Shown here: piece by piece, positions 22,090 through 32,284 of the stretch
Numbering within the stretch: position 1 is the stretch's first letter
How the letters are laid out: each line of letters starts with the position of its first letter
Origin: a virus
Direction: 5' to 3' (one strand)
Length of the DNA stretch: 64,000 nucleotides
IMG/VR virus record: IMGVR_UViG_3300030004_000009
Span: 32,001-96,000 of that record
Position numbers and translations under genes: made by a program
Notes under the pieces: generated by a model
The model's input: the letters and a program-made list of their open reading frames with translations, nothing else
Told to the model about the DNA's origin: nothing
Databases searched by the model: none

Positions 22090-25000
22090 ATGGATTGCGC
22101 ATTTAGAATAAAATTAAACGGACAGTTACATGAATTTAACTCTGAAGAGGAGTTAAATTCATTTTTACGTGAAAATAGAAGAACACTTAGTTCTCAATTA
22201 TTATCAGATAAAGTGTTATTTAGTAACGATAGAAGTTATCAACAACAGATATATCAAGAACTAAGAGAACGTTCTAATCTTGTTAACTATAAAGACGAAG
22301 ATCATAGTTATAGTGTAATTGATAGAGAAACGGGAAAGGTAGTATCACTAACACCTGTAACTAAAATCTTAAGTAAAGAAGAGAGTGAAAAACGTTTTGG
22401 AATGGAGATAATAAGGCCATTTAACTTAGAGAATTGGCAAGCTAAAGCATATGCAGATATGATGAAAGCAGTTAACCCTGATGGTACTCCTAGGTATACT
22501 CAACAACAAGCTTTAGATATTCTACAGAAACAAATAAAATCTTGGCAAACTCAAACATTACTTGGTACTTCTTGGCATACAATAGCTCAACAGTTCTTTA
22601 ATGGTAACATCACAGAAAGTAGGGATATTATACAATTATTCCCTGAATTAACAGGTTTAACTAGTCACGTACTTAATAAATACATTGATGAACTTAAGAA
22701 GTTTAAAGCTAGTTTAGATCTAAAATATCCTAATGCTTTATATGCAACTGAAATTAGAACATTTGATATAAAAGCTAAAATAGCAGGAACTATGGATCTA
22801 GTTGTAGTTGATGAATTAGGTAAACAACATATCTATGATTACAAGACTTCAATAAAGAATGAGAATGAATGGGGTAAAGATAAAATAAAGAGTAACAATT
22901 ATCAACTTATGTTTTATCGTCAGATACAACGACGTGCAGGTTATGATGTACAAAGTACTCATATACTTCCAGTTCTTCTTAAAGATATTGATTACAATAC
23001 AAATACTATTTATGACTTTGATATAGGACAAGACTCCAATCGTCAATTTAGGGAAACTGATCCTGAAATGCAGAATGTTAAGAAGATAATGCCTTATACA
23101 GTTGACACAAGAGGTATAGTTGATAATGCGAATGTCCATAAGTTTATGAAAGAGACATTTAACTTTGAACAGAAAAAAACAGTACAGGGTAGTAAGTCAG
23201 TGGATGACGAATATGATAATATGCTTGCACATAGTAAGTCCCCAACTGCTAAATTATGGTATTATCATCCATACAATGCTAATAATACTAGTTACCCAAT
23301 TAGTAAGGAACTACCTGTTAATGAAATTAAAGCTGAGATAGCAAGAGTTCTTAAAGATTGGGAAAATGAAAACTCTACACTCCCAGAAAGGATGGGAACA
23401 TTCATTAATGACGCTAAAAAGGTAATACAGGATGGTGGTGGTTATGAAGATGTAAAATGGAGTAATTTTACAACTAAAAATACTAAAGCTGATAACGATA
23501 CAATACTTAAAGCAAAATCTTTACTTCATAAATATATAAATGATCCATTATGGCAAGTGGTAAAAAGTGATCCAGCAGCAGATCTTAATATCTTACAAAT
23601 AGAACACACAGGAACAAATGAAGTTGATTTTATAGCTCTTAGTAGTTCTGATCTTAATGCAGCACCAGAACTTGTTGTTAAAGGTGCTACTACAGTACTT
23701 GGTAATTTTCTATCTGACACTAAAGCTAAATCTATAGTTGGTATTCATAAAGTAACAAATGGTGATGTTGAGCTTTTAAAAGTCTATAGTTTCATTAAAG
23801 ACAATAAAAGTAGTTTTATTGATAAAAATATAGGTTCAATTAAAGCCATTAATATTATGGAAGGTAACCTTATAGGTAATGAGAAGATGCAAATGTTAGG
23901 ACAGCTTGAAACATGGTATAATGCACTTAGAAAGCAAATTGATCCAAACTTAGGTTTACCTAAGAATGACTGGCTTCCTAAACAACTTGATCCAACTCGT
24001 GCTCTTATTACTCGTATGTCAGAACTTTTAACTGATAAGAGGTGGACTAGTATAACAAGTAATATTACAAAGACTAAAGGTATACTTGATAGATTAGGTA
24101 ATCTTACATATGCAGACATTAATGAACGAAGAAAACTACTTGGTGAAATGTCTGAAATGCTACGTGGTTATGTTGGTAACAATACTAAAGTATTAGGAGC
24201 TGTAGAGTATAGAGATATTGAAAGGTGTTTAGAGTTAGCTGGTCAATCTCTTATTGAATTAGAAAGATTGGATATATGGCATGAACGTGATGTAGCTGTG
24301 TTAGGTAATATTATAGGATCTAACAACACTCTTATGGGAACACCTAATTTAGCACAACATCCTTTGCAAACAGCTACAGTTCAAGTTGTTAATAGAGCAA
24401 TGAGTGATGCTCGTTCTGCATTTTTGGAGTTTCTTAATAAATCTGGTGGATGGCGTGATACTTTAGATAAGTTTTATACTAAAAGTTCTACTACTTTTCA
24501 AATTAAAGCTGTAGGCTATAACTATCCAGCTTGGGAAAAGCTTATAGATACAGATAACATGAGATTTAAAGATGTTAATGATCCTAAATCAAATTTAGCT
24601 GATTTCCAAAAACAAACTATAACTACTATTCTTAATCAAATTAATACTATACGTACTAATAAAATGTTAGAAAGTGGTAGAAATCAAGATTATGTTGATA
24701 ATTTTTTATTATCAGAGGAATCTCGTAATATACCTCTTTTAAACGCTTCTTTACTTTCTTCATTTAAAGGTAGAAATCTAAGTCAATTTATAGATGGTGT
24801 GTATCGTGATATACTTAATCCTAATAATTTTCTTAAGAATGATACAAAGTCAAAAGATGCAATGCGTACTCAAAATGAAATGTTTAATGGATTTAATATT
24901 AGTGATTTAGATCTTGATACAAGACAACAAAAAGTAGACGAAGCAAAAAAAGGTGATTTTGAAACTGATATAGAACTAGTATTTTCTACTTATATGATGG

Positions 25001-26541
25001 CACATCATAGAGAAGAACAATATAATAAATATTTACCGGTACTTAATGCTCTTAAAGATGTAGGTATGATTAGTACAGTACTCGGTTATAACGATACTAC
25101 AAATGTCACTAAATGGCAAAACGACTTTATTCAAACAACACTTTTTGGTGCTAGTCTTATAGCAGGTGAATCAGAAACATTAGCAGCTGTTACTAATACA
25201 ATAAGAAATATATCTTCTAATGCTACTATGCTTCTTAATTGGGGTGCAGGAGCAACAGAAATGTCAACTGGCTTCTTTGCTAATATTGTTACATTAATGG
25301 CAAATAAATATTCAGAGTTTAATTTTGGATTAAAAGATTATTTACAAGCTCATGCTATAGTAGGTGGTACAATGAATCAAAACAAAATGACATATGTCTC
25401 TCCTGGTTTTAGTGATGCTCTTAATGAAATTTATGGTCTAGCACATATGGATGTAAGTCAAATGGTACATCAAACACAACAGGGTGTTGGTGGAGGTATT
25501 CACTTTATATCTAGAATAGGTAGGTGGTTTACAACATTTCCGGGATGGTATAATAGGATGCTTATATTTAACTCGCAAGCTATTAAGGATGGTACTATCA
25601 CACTTGATAGTACAGGTCAGATAAGTAAAGACTCAGCTCATCAAATGATAAATGATCGTTTAGTTTATAATGAAAAGCTTGATAAAAGATTTAGTCTCTA
25701 TACGAACAATAAAGCTATGCCTGATTCACGTAAAACTGAAGAGTATAAAAAGCAAGAAGCGTTATATAAAGTAATAAGACAAGAATTAGAAAGTGAACCT
25801 GGAGGTATTAAGGAAGGTGATGGTACTTTAGCTCGTGCTTACACAAGTCGTCAGGCTACAGCTATGCGAACTTTTGCTAATGATATACACGGTAATTATG
25901 ATGCAGTTGATAGAAGTACTTTTGATAAAACCGCTTTTGGTAGGATATTTTTACAATTTAAAGGTTGGTTAACAGTTAAGAAGAATCGTTGGTTTACAGA
26001 AACTGATACTAACAATCAGACTAGAGGGCATTTTCAAGAAGTTCTTGATGATGAAGGGAAAGTTAAGATAGGTGAAGATGGTCTTCCTATTATGGAATGG
26101 AAAGGTAAGTATATGGAAGGTATAGCACAGACAATATTTGCTATGTATCATGAACTAGAGACTAATAAGTTTAATGTAGTTAAATCGTGGAATAACATGA
26201 ATGCAACTCAAAAAGCTAATTTTGCTTATCTACTTGGTGATACACTTGTACTTGGAGTTATAATGTCTATAATAGCTGCATTTAGTGAACCTAATATGGC
26301 TAAGGATAATCCACTTGGATATAGAGCAGTAAGTGCTCTTCGTAACTCATCACGAGATTTCTTTATTTGTTCTACAGTTACGGCAGTCTCAGGGCCTGAT
26401 AACCCTCTTTCGTCTATAGCATGGAGTCAAAAAGTTCTAACTGATACTTGGCAAGTTGCTAGTGGTTCTAAAAGTCCTGATGCTATTTTAAAGAATTTAA
26501 GTATCTATAGGACTATTAATGGTTTAAGTACAATTCATTAA
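22090..26541 (+). CDS. Giant virion protein with N-terminal PD-(D/E)xK nuclease and C-terminal hydrophobic helix
   Basis: GTSWH...E...IAGTMDLV...IYDYKTS...YQLMFY (AddB/Cas4-like); TM-like LLGDTLVLGVIMSIIAAF; start ATG 22090 preferred over 22081. Confidence 0.72.
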   Translation: MDCAFRIKLNGQLHEFNSEEELNSFLRENRRTLSSQLLSDKVLFSNDRSYQQQIYQELRERSNLVNYKDEDHSYSVIDRETGKVVSLTPVTKILSKEESEKRFGMEIIRPFNLENWQAKAYADMMKAVNPDGTPRYTQQQALDILQKQIKSWQTQTLLGTSWHTIAQQFFNGNITESRDIIQLFPELTGLTSHVLNKYIDELKKFKASLDLKYPNALYATEIRTFDIKAKIAGTMDLVVVDELGKQHIYDYKTSIKNENEWGKDKIKSNNYQLMFYRQIQRRAGYDVQSTHILPVLLKDIDYNTNTIYDFDIGQDSNRQFRETDPEMQNVKKIMPYTVDTRGIVDNANVHKFMKETFNFEQKKTVQGSKSVDDEYDNMLAHSKSPTAKLWYYHPYNANNTSYPISKELPVNEIKAEIARVLKDWENENSTLPERMGTFINDAKKVIQDGGGYEDVKWSNFTTKNTKADNDTILKAKSLLHKYINDPLWQVVKSDPAADLNILQIEHTGTNEVDFIALSSSDLNAAPELVVKGATTVLGNFLSDTKAKSIVGIHKVTNGDVELLKVYSFIKDNKSSFIDKNIGSIKAINIMEGNLIGNEKMQMLGQLETWYNALRKQIDPNLGLPKNDWLPKQLDPTRALITRMSELLTDKRWTSITSNITKTKGILDRLGNLTYADINERRKLLGEMSEMLRGYVGNNTKVLGAVEYRDIERCLELAGQSLIELERLDIWHERDVAVLGNIIGSNNTLMGTPNLAQHPLQTATVQVVNRAMSDARSAFLEFLNKSGGWRDTLDKFYTKSSTTFQIKAVGYNYPAWEKLIDTDNMRFKDVNDPKSNLADFQKQTITTILNQINTIRTNKMLESGRNQDYVDNFLLSEESRNIPLLNASLLSSFKGRNLSQFIDGVYRDILNPNNFLKNDTKSKDAMRTQNEMFNGFNISDLDLDTRQQKVDEAKKGDFETDIELVFSTYMMAHHREEQYNKYLPVLNALKDVGMISTVLGYNDTTNVTKWQNDFIQTTLFGASLIAGESETLAAVTNTIRNISSNATMLLNWGAGATEMSTGFFANIVTLMANKYSEFNFGLKDYLQAHAIVGGTMNQNKMTYVSPGFSDALNEIYGLAHMDVSQMVHQTQQGVGGGIHFISRIGRWFTTFPGWYNRMLIFNSQAIKDGTITLDSTGQISKDSAHQMINDRLVYNEKLDKRFSLYTNNKAMPDSRKTEEYKKQEALYKVIRQELESEPGGIKEGDGTLARAYTSRQATAMRTFANDIHGNYDAVDRSTFDKTAFGRIFLQFKGWLTVKKNRWFTETDTNNQTRGHFQEVLDDEGKVKIGEDGLPIMEWKGKYMEGIAQTIFAMYHELETNKFNVVKSWNNMNATQKANFAYLLGDTLVLGVIMSIIAAFSEPNMAKDNPLGYRAVSALRNSSRDFFICSTVTAVSGPDNPLSSIAWSQKVLTDTWQVASGSKSPDAILKNLSIYRTINGLSTIH

Positions 26542-26586
26542 AAAAAATAAGCCATACAATCCAATTAAGGACTGTATGGCTTTCTC
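26541..26586. terminator. Bidirectional intrinsic terminator between the convergent gene blocks
   Basis: A-tract, AGCCATACA...TGTATGGCT stem, then TTT. Confidence 0.75.
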
Positions 26587-27043
26587 ATTTTGTATTATAT
26601 AGTTTTATTTCTTTTAATCTACGTTCTTTTAAACCTTCATCTGCAACCAATTGACCATCTTTATGTATCTTATCCCACATTAAAAATGCAGTTGATACAT
26701 CTTGTTTAGCATTCACTTTCTTTAATAAAGTAGAACCTTTTAAATGACCAACGTTATAGTCAAAGTCTACTAAAGCATTAAATTCATTCTGAGTTAGATC
26801 ATCACGTGTAACTGAAGAAACTGCATATTCATAAGGCTTTATAAGTAGTTTTAACATACTCTGTGCTTGTAACTCTGTAATATTAGGATCTCCATGTTGT
26901 ACCTTCTTACCAGTTGCAGGATAGTATGTGAAGCCATAACCAATTGTTGGTACACCTGCATCATCGCCATATACTCTAGACACAAAACCTTCATTACTAG
27001 CTATAAAGTCTAAGCCTGTCTGATTTATTGTCGTTATTCTCAT
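26585..27043 (-). CDS. GH24 lysozyme (endolysin)
   Basis: FIASNEG...YGDDAGVPTIGYG (E-D-T triad), QNEFNALVDFDYNVG, GLKERRLKE. Confidence 0.9.
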   Translation of the reverse strand: MRITTINQTGLDFIASNEGFVSRVYGDDAGVPTIGYGFTYYPATGKKVQHGDPNITELQAQSMLKLLIKPYEYAVSSVTRDDLTQNEFNALVDFDYNVGHLKGSTLLKKVNAKQDVSTAFLMWDKIHKDGQLVADEGLKERRLKEIKLYNTK

Positions 27044-27756
27044 ATTTTAGAGTTGTAAAGTGAATTTGCTATTCCTATTCTAATATCATATCTTGCAACT
27101 TTAGGATCAGAACTAGGACCTTCAAAGTATTTACCAAAATTTAAAGCTGCTTCTTCTGGTGTTTTAGAGGTTAAAGTTCTTCTAATAGCACTCTCTTGCC
27201 CTGGTTCTTGTAAAATATAATCAAGTTGTGTAGGTAAATCTAATATATCTCTACTTCTCTTTTGAGACCAATCTTGAAATGCCTTCCATCTATCTCCCAC
27301 ACCCCACTGAGCAATACCTCTTCCAGGTCCTCCATTATTTTGTTGTCGTGTTGGATCAACTCCACTTTCTTGAAATAGATTTCCTACAATTCCTGCTGCT
27401 GCTTCTTTAGATATATTTTTATTATTTACTAAATATTTATAAGCACTTAATGCTGCTTGATTAGGATTTACTGAAGTTTCTTGTTTTACAACATTAACTT
27501 TTGGAGTGATTGTAGGTGTTATTACAGGATCTATCTTAGGAGGATCTATAGGTTTACTTACTGGTTGATATAAAGGTGCTATAAGAGCATTATCTAATAA
27601 ATTAGAACTATAATCTATATTTGGTATATCTACTTTTGCTGGTGTATTAGCTTTATAGTTTAAAAAACCTAAATCTGAATCATCAAGGTTATTAAAGTCT
27701 TTATACTTCGCTACTTTTTCTTCTGGTGAAAGGTTATTAAATGTTAAGGAATCCAT
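27040..27756 (-). CDS. Phage tail-type lysozyme domain protein with Pro-rich linker
   Basis: AAAGIVGNLFQESG, GRGIAQW, QLDYI, AALNFGKYFE; start at ATG 27756, just downstream of a promoter. Confidence 0.8.
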   Translation of the reverse strand: MDSLTFNNLSPEEKVAKYKDFNNLDDSDLGFLNYKANTPAKVDIPNIDYSSNLLDNALIAPLYQPVSKPIDPPKIDPVITPTITPKVNVVKQETSVNPNQAALSAYKYLVNNKNISKEAAAGIVGNLFQESGVDPTRQQNNGGPGRGIAQWGVGDRWKAFQDWSQKRSRDILDLPTQLDYILQEPGQESAIRRTLTSKTPEEAALNFGKYFEGPSSDPKVARYDIRIGIANSLYNSKI

Positions 27757-27764
27757 AATTTTTG

Positions 27765-27796
27765 CAAATATAACACTTTTATTTGATATAATCAAA
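27765..27796 (-). promoter_or_regulatory. Bacteroidota primary-sigma promoter for the lysozyme pair
   Basis: TTTG-N20-TATATTTG matches the -33/-7 consensus TTTG / TAnnTTTG. Confidence 0.7.
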
Positions 27797-27803
27797 TCAA
27801 ATT

Positions 27804-27848
27804 AAAAAAATAGGGAGATACAACAGCATAAGCCGTCATATCTCCCTA
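27804..27848 (-). terminator. Intrinsic terminator
   Basis: TAGGGAGATA...TATCTCCCTA stem followed by U7 on the minus strand. Confidence 0.75.
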
Positions 27849-27857
27849 AGATTTAAT

Positions 27858-28667
27858 TTATGTATTTTGATAAAGGATGTGCTCTTCATCATTTGTTATG
27901 TCAATAAGACTTAACTTACCACCAAAAACACATCCGGTATCAAGATTAACTAATTGTCCTAAGTACATAGGTTTAGTGTTTAATGCCCCACTAGGTAACC
28001 AATTAGAATCAAGTTTATTATCCTGTGTCTTTTTCTTAAAAGTTATAGTTGGTGTATGACCTATAAACACACGTTTAAAACAATTAACATCTGGATAATT
28101 ACTCACTGGTCTATTATCTTCCCAAAATGATCCAAGGTGTTGAACTAAATCTCTATCCCATATTATAAAGTTAGGTGATTGTTCTTCTATTTTCATCATA
28201 GGATCATAACCACCATGTACAAATAATCTATTCTGACCATCTATATAATAAGGTAGTTGATTAAGAAAGAAATCACGATGTGTTTTAGGCATGTGCCTAG
28301 GTTCAAAATTAGTACTTATATGCTTCTTCCACTTTAAAGTCCAATACACACCTTCTGCCTCTAATTCTAAACTATTAATATAAGATTCAATTGTCTTACA
28401 ACTCTTATGTTCCCAAGGATGATAACCAGTCTCTATGAAATATTTCATATGGTAATCGTGGTTACCTTGTATTGCTATTAAGTTTGGTATACTTAAGAGT
28501 GTTTCAATAACACCATAAGAATCTGGTCCACGATCAGTGCAATCTCCAATATGAATAAGAGTGTCCACTCCACGCTTGAATTCACTAAGTTCCAGAACTT
28601 CACAAAGTTCCTTATTACAGCCGTGACTATCTGTTGTAACAAATATTCTAGGTTCTCTTTCATTCAT
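27858..28667 (-). CDS. Ser/Thr protein phosphatase-type metallophosphoesterase (lambda NinI-like)
   Basis: DSHG, GDCTDRG, GNHD, HGG, GHTP, DTG motifs. Confidence 0.88.
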   Translation of the reverse strand: MNEREPRIFVTTDSHGCNKELCEVLELSEFKRGVDTLIHIGDCTDRGPDSYGVIETLLSIPNLIAIQGNHDYHMKYFIETGYHPWEHKSCKTIESYINSLELEAEGVYWTLKWKKHISTNFEPRHMPKTHRDFFLNQLPYYIDGQNRLFVHGGYDPMMKIEEQSPNFIIWDRDLVQHLGSFWEDNRPVSNYPDVNCFKRVFIGHTPTITFKKKTQDNKLDSNWLPSGALNTKPMYLGQLVNLDTGCVFGGKLSLIDITNDEEHILYQNT

Positions 28668-28986
28668 TTTTAAATATATCTTCTAAACTAACACCTACTA
28701 ATGCAGCCACTTGTTTAAGTAATTTTACTTTATCTTCCATTTCACAATGAGGCTCATTATTCTTCTTGTCGTATTCTAAAGCTCTTTCAAGCAATTTCTT
28801 CATCTCCAAAACCTCTGATTTAAGTTTATCAAACTCAACTTGACTTACACCTTGAGGCCAAGTGATATTAGTATTAGGACTTATTACTGGTTGAATAGGT
28901 CTTGTTGTTGGATATGGCCAACTCTGTGGTTGCCAATCTTTCCATTTATCATTATAGTGGTCTCCGACCATCGAAACTACACACAT
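28660..28986 (-). CDS. Hypothetical protein
   Basis: 108-aa ORF coupled to both neighbours. Confidence 0.6.
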   Translation of the reverse strand: MCVVSMVGDHYNDKWKDWQPQSWPYPTTRPIQPVISPNTNITWPQGVSQVEFDKLKSEVLEMKKLLERALEYDKKNNEPHCEMEDKVKLLKQVAALVGVSLEDIFKNE

Positions 28987-29414
28987 TATGTTACTATTTT
29001 ACTTACTAATCCACTTACTGTTTTACCATCTGTCATCCCACCTGATGCTTTTACTACTTCCTTAACTATAGCTCCCATATTCTTCTTAATTGGAGTTAAG
29101 CCTGTTTCTTTAATAACTACTGTAATTAAAGCACTAACTTGTTCTGTAGTCATTTGTTGAGGTATATACTGTTCAATTATAGCTGCTTCTGCTAAGTCAG
29201 TAACTGCCATCTGTGGATATTGTGCTGCATTCTCTTTACGAGCCTTTACCATTTTCTGTAAGGTTGACATATAGTCACTTTCAGTTGGTGTCTTTCCTGC
29301 TTTTTCTAAAGTTAAGAATGCAGCTTTAACTAACTTTAATGTATCTCTTGTGTTGTTATCTTTTGTTTTAACTGATGCAGTATAAGCATCATTAATCGTC
29401 TTTACTATGCTCAT
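28986..29414 (-). CDS. GatB/YqeY domain protein
   Basis: KMVKARKE..QY, EAAIIEQYIPQQM, KKNMGAIV, DGKTV. Confidence 0.85.
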   Translation of the reverse strand: MSIVKTINDAYTASVKTKDNNTRDTLKLVKAAFLTLEKAGKTPTESDYMSTLQKMVKARKENAAQYPQMAVTDLAEAAIIEQYIPQQMTTEQVSALITVVIKETGLTPIKKNMGAIVKEVVKASGGMTDGKTVSGLVSKIVT

Positions 29415-29769
29415 TTAATTTCTCAGCTAGTGTATATTCTGCTAATGCAGCATCAATTTCCTTGATTCTTACATACTCTCGAAATGCTTCTTCACATGCT
29501 CTATCTACACTTGTGTTTGGTTTAGTAACATAGTAAAAGTATTCTCCAGTTTTCATATCTCTTGTGACTAACTCCATAGTCTGTTCTACTTGATTAATAA
29601 TATTTGTATTACTAATAAAGTCTGTTAGGTTATACATTATTTAATTCAATTAAAGCTCTTTCTGCTATTTTACAAGCAGAATAAAATTGTGTTAAACTAT
29701 CACCTTGCCCTTTTAACTGTGATAAGTAACCATCTATGATTTTTAAGGCTCGTTGTATTTCTTGCTTTG

Positions 29770-30846
29770 TCATAAGTACCTTATTTCTAATAATAATTGA
29801 TTACAAAACTCTTGTGATACTTCATCTGGTAGGTTACAATTCTCATACACTACATCAAGTTTTTTAATATCTAACTCTGCTTGAGTAAGTATAGCTTCAA
29901 GATCAACTTTACCTTTACGAATATTTATTAACTCTTCTCTATTAGGACGTCGTACATTAATCGTACCCTCTGTTGCAATTTCAATCGCCACGTCAAGTAG
30001 ACGTCTACAATGAAGCATATTTTTACCATCTATCTTCTGTCCATGACCTTCAATATCAATATAACGTTGTGTATTTCTTTCTTTAAGCCACGTTTCATAT
30101 TCCTTATGAGATTTACAGTGCTGAGAATAAGCGTCCTTATTATAATAGACTATACCTAATGAATCAAAACCTTTAGGGATATTAGAAATTCTTATTGAAT
30201 TGCTATCATCTAGTTGTATACCTTTAAGTCCAATAGGTTGACTATCTCCATTATGATAGTCAAAGTCATACCATAAAGTATAACAATCCCTAAAATGTTC
30301 AATATTAGTGAGTCCACATAACTCTTGATTTAGTTTTTTACCTTTTAAGAAGTTAAGTAAGTTTTCAGCAACACTTTGTCCTCGATAGATATAGTAGAAA
30401 TCAATAGGTGTTTTCCGTACTATTTTCTCTTTCTCCCAGTTCATTTTCTTATTAAGACCTCTAGCTTTCTGTATTTGTTGTACAGCATAACCACCAAATG
30501 AATTATGACATTTCTTTGTTAAGAACATATCACGTTGACTTCTTATAAGGCCAAAATCATCAGAACATATAAGAATACAATCATTAGGTGAATATAACAT
30601 TTCAAGTACTGTAGGATTAGCTGTTTGAAGTAGCTCAATAAATCTACGAACCTCATAATAGACTTCATCTTTACTAATCTCTATTTGAGGTTTATAGTCA
30701 AATCCTAATATATCTTGTTTATTTTGAATATATACACCTTTAATGTCTAAATCGCTACCTTCTACATTTTTGGAATAGGCAGTTGAACCCATAATAGCCT
30801 TAAATATGAGTTTTCCCGGGATTCTTGCTTGTTCTTCCATTACCAA
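29770..30846 (-). CDS. Pol-beta superfamily nucleotidyltransferase (YcgL-like)
   Basis: GSTAY...SDLDIKGVY, NPTVLEML, KNMLHCRRLL, IRKG. Confidence 0.82.
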   Translation of the reverse strand: MVMEEQARIPGKLIFKAIMGSTAYSKNVEGSDLDIKGVYIQNKQDILGFDYKPQIEISKDEVYYEVRRFIELLQTANPTVLEMLYSPNDCILICSDDFGLIRSQRDMFLTKKCHNSFGGYAVQQIQKARGLNKKMNWEKEKIVRKTPIDFYYIYRGQSVAENLLNFLKGKKLNQELCGLTNIEHFRDCYTLWYDFDYHNGDSQPIGLKGIQLDDSNSIRISNIPKGFDSLGIVYYNKDAYSQHCKSHKEYETWLKERNTQRYIDIEGHGQKIDGKNMLHCRRLLDVAIEIATEGTINVRRPNREELINIRKGKVDLEAILTQAELDIKKLDVVYENCNLPDEVSQEFCNQLLLEIRYL

Positions 30847-31921
30847 TCTATATTAATTATATAATCTCCTGCTTCAATTAGACCTTTGTTATATAAGTCA
30901 TTAGCTACAGTATTAATATCTGGATAAAAGTTTCTTTTCCAAAATAAATTGAGTGCTCCACTATAACTTTGGTTTATTAGAGGTTGTTTAGGATCTCTAG
31001 CTAACCAAACTTTAAACTTCACTCCCATTCGATCTCCATTAACAACTTCAGATATAGAATCGTGCATATATTCATCTTCAGAATCCTCTGAAGGTATTTC
31101 TAAATTAAAGATGCCTCTTGATTGACAACCATCTTGTTGCTGAAAACTATAGGGTCTTCCATAAGACTTTTTAACCAAATCATCCCAATCGCTAACATCT
31201 ACAAATCTTACTATTCGATATTTTAACTTTGTTTGTTCTTCCATGCTTTTAAATCGATAAGTGCATTAGTGATTCCAACCTCTAAACACGCTTCATAATT
31301 TGAGAAATATTCTCTATCATCACTTACTTGTTCGTCTGTATAATAAGGCCAAAAGCTATCATAGTAGTAACGAATATCTTCTATACAAACAATAACCTCA
31401 AAGTTTTCTTCATCTCTTAGATATGTTTGTACTGCACTTAAAGTAGCATTACTGATGTAAATATAGCTTGTATTCAGTTGATTTAATAACTTAATTATAG
31501 TGCTATTAGCGTATTTATCATTTATACTAAAGTTCATCATTCATTTCTCCTAGGTTATCAATTATAATTCTTTTTACTTCTTCAATAAAGACTGTGTCTG
31601 TACCTTCATATTCTACACTATATTGATGTAGAAACTCCATAAATATACCTAATTGCATTGCAACTGGTAGTTCATGATATTTAGGTGTAAAAATTTCTAT
31701 TTTATTATCCCCACCAGGATAGTGACTTTTAATAAAAGTCGTATGTGCATTAAATAACTGATACCAATCATTATCTACTTTGTATTTATCTATAAATCTC
31801 AGAAATAGTTCTGCTGCTTTTGGATTAGCGTTTAACACTTCATTCCAAAAGCTCTGTTTATTTAGTTTCATTTAATATTTTATCAACTCCTCTAATTACT
31901 TAATTTGTTCAGTTGTAAGTC

Positions 31922-32284
31922 TCATCCTTTATCATTACTTATCATCATTTTAATACTAACGTTATAAGTATAACTAAAGACAGTAGCAGCTCGAGTTAAA
32001 AATGAGTCTAAACTTTGTTTCCATAAATCAACTTCAATGTAATTATCAGATTCTAGATCTTCATACATTCTAATCTTCAAGCCTCCATGATTATTAAATT
32101 CAGGATCGTAACGACTTACATGTCTGTAAATTGCACTATAGTTCTCAGGAGAGACTATGATATCATAGTCTCTCGGTACTTTCTTATCTAAGATATCTCC
32201 AATTGAAGATCCTACTAACCATCCTTTAGAGATCATTAAAATATCTGTTATTTCTTTTGGTAATTCTCTATAAAACTTTCTCAT
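31922..32284 (-). CDS. Minimal nucleotidyltransferase (CCA/poly(A) polymerase head-like)
   Basis: WLVGSSIGDIL...PRDYDIIV, EVDLW. Confidence 0.55.
   Translation of the reverse strand: MRKFYRELPKEITDILMISKGWLVGSSIGDILDKKVPRDYDIIVSPENYSAIYRHVSRYDPEFNNHGGLKIRMYEDLESDNYIEVDLWKQSLDSFLTRAATVFSYTYNVSIKMMISNDKG

Noticed and set aside
1229-26151. Short antisense or alternate-frame ORFs inside the giant genes, and + strand ORFs inside the - strand block
   Set aside because: Shadow ORFs overlapping well-supported genes, with no recognisable motifs.
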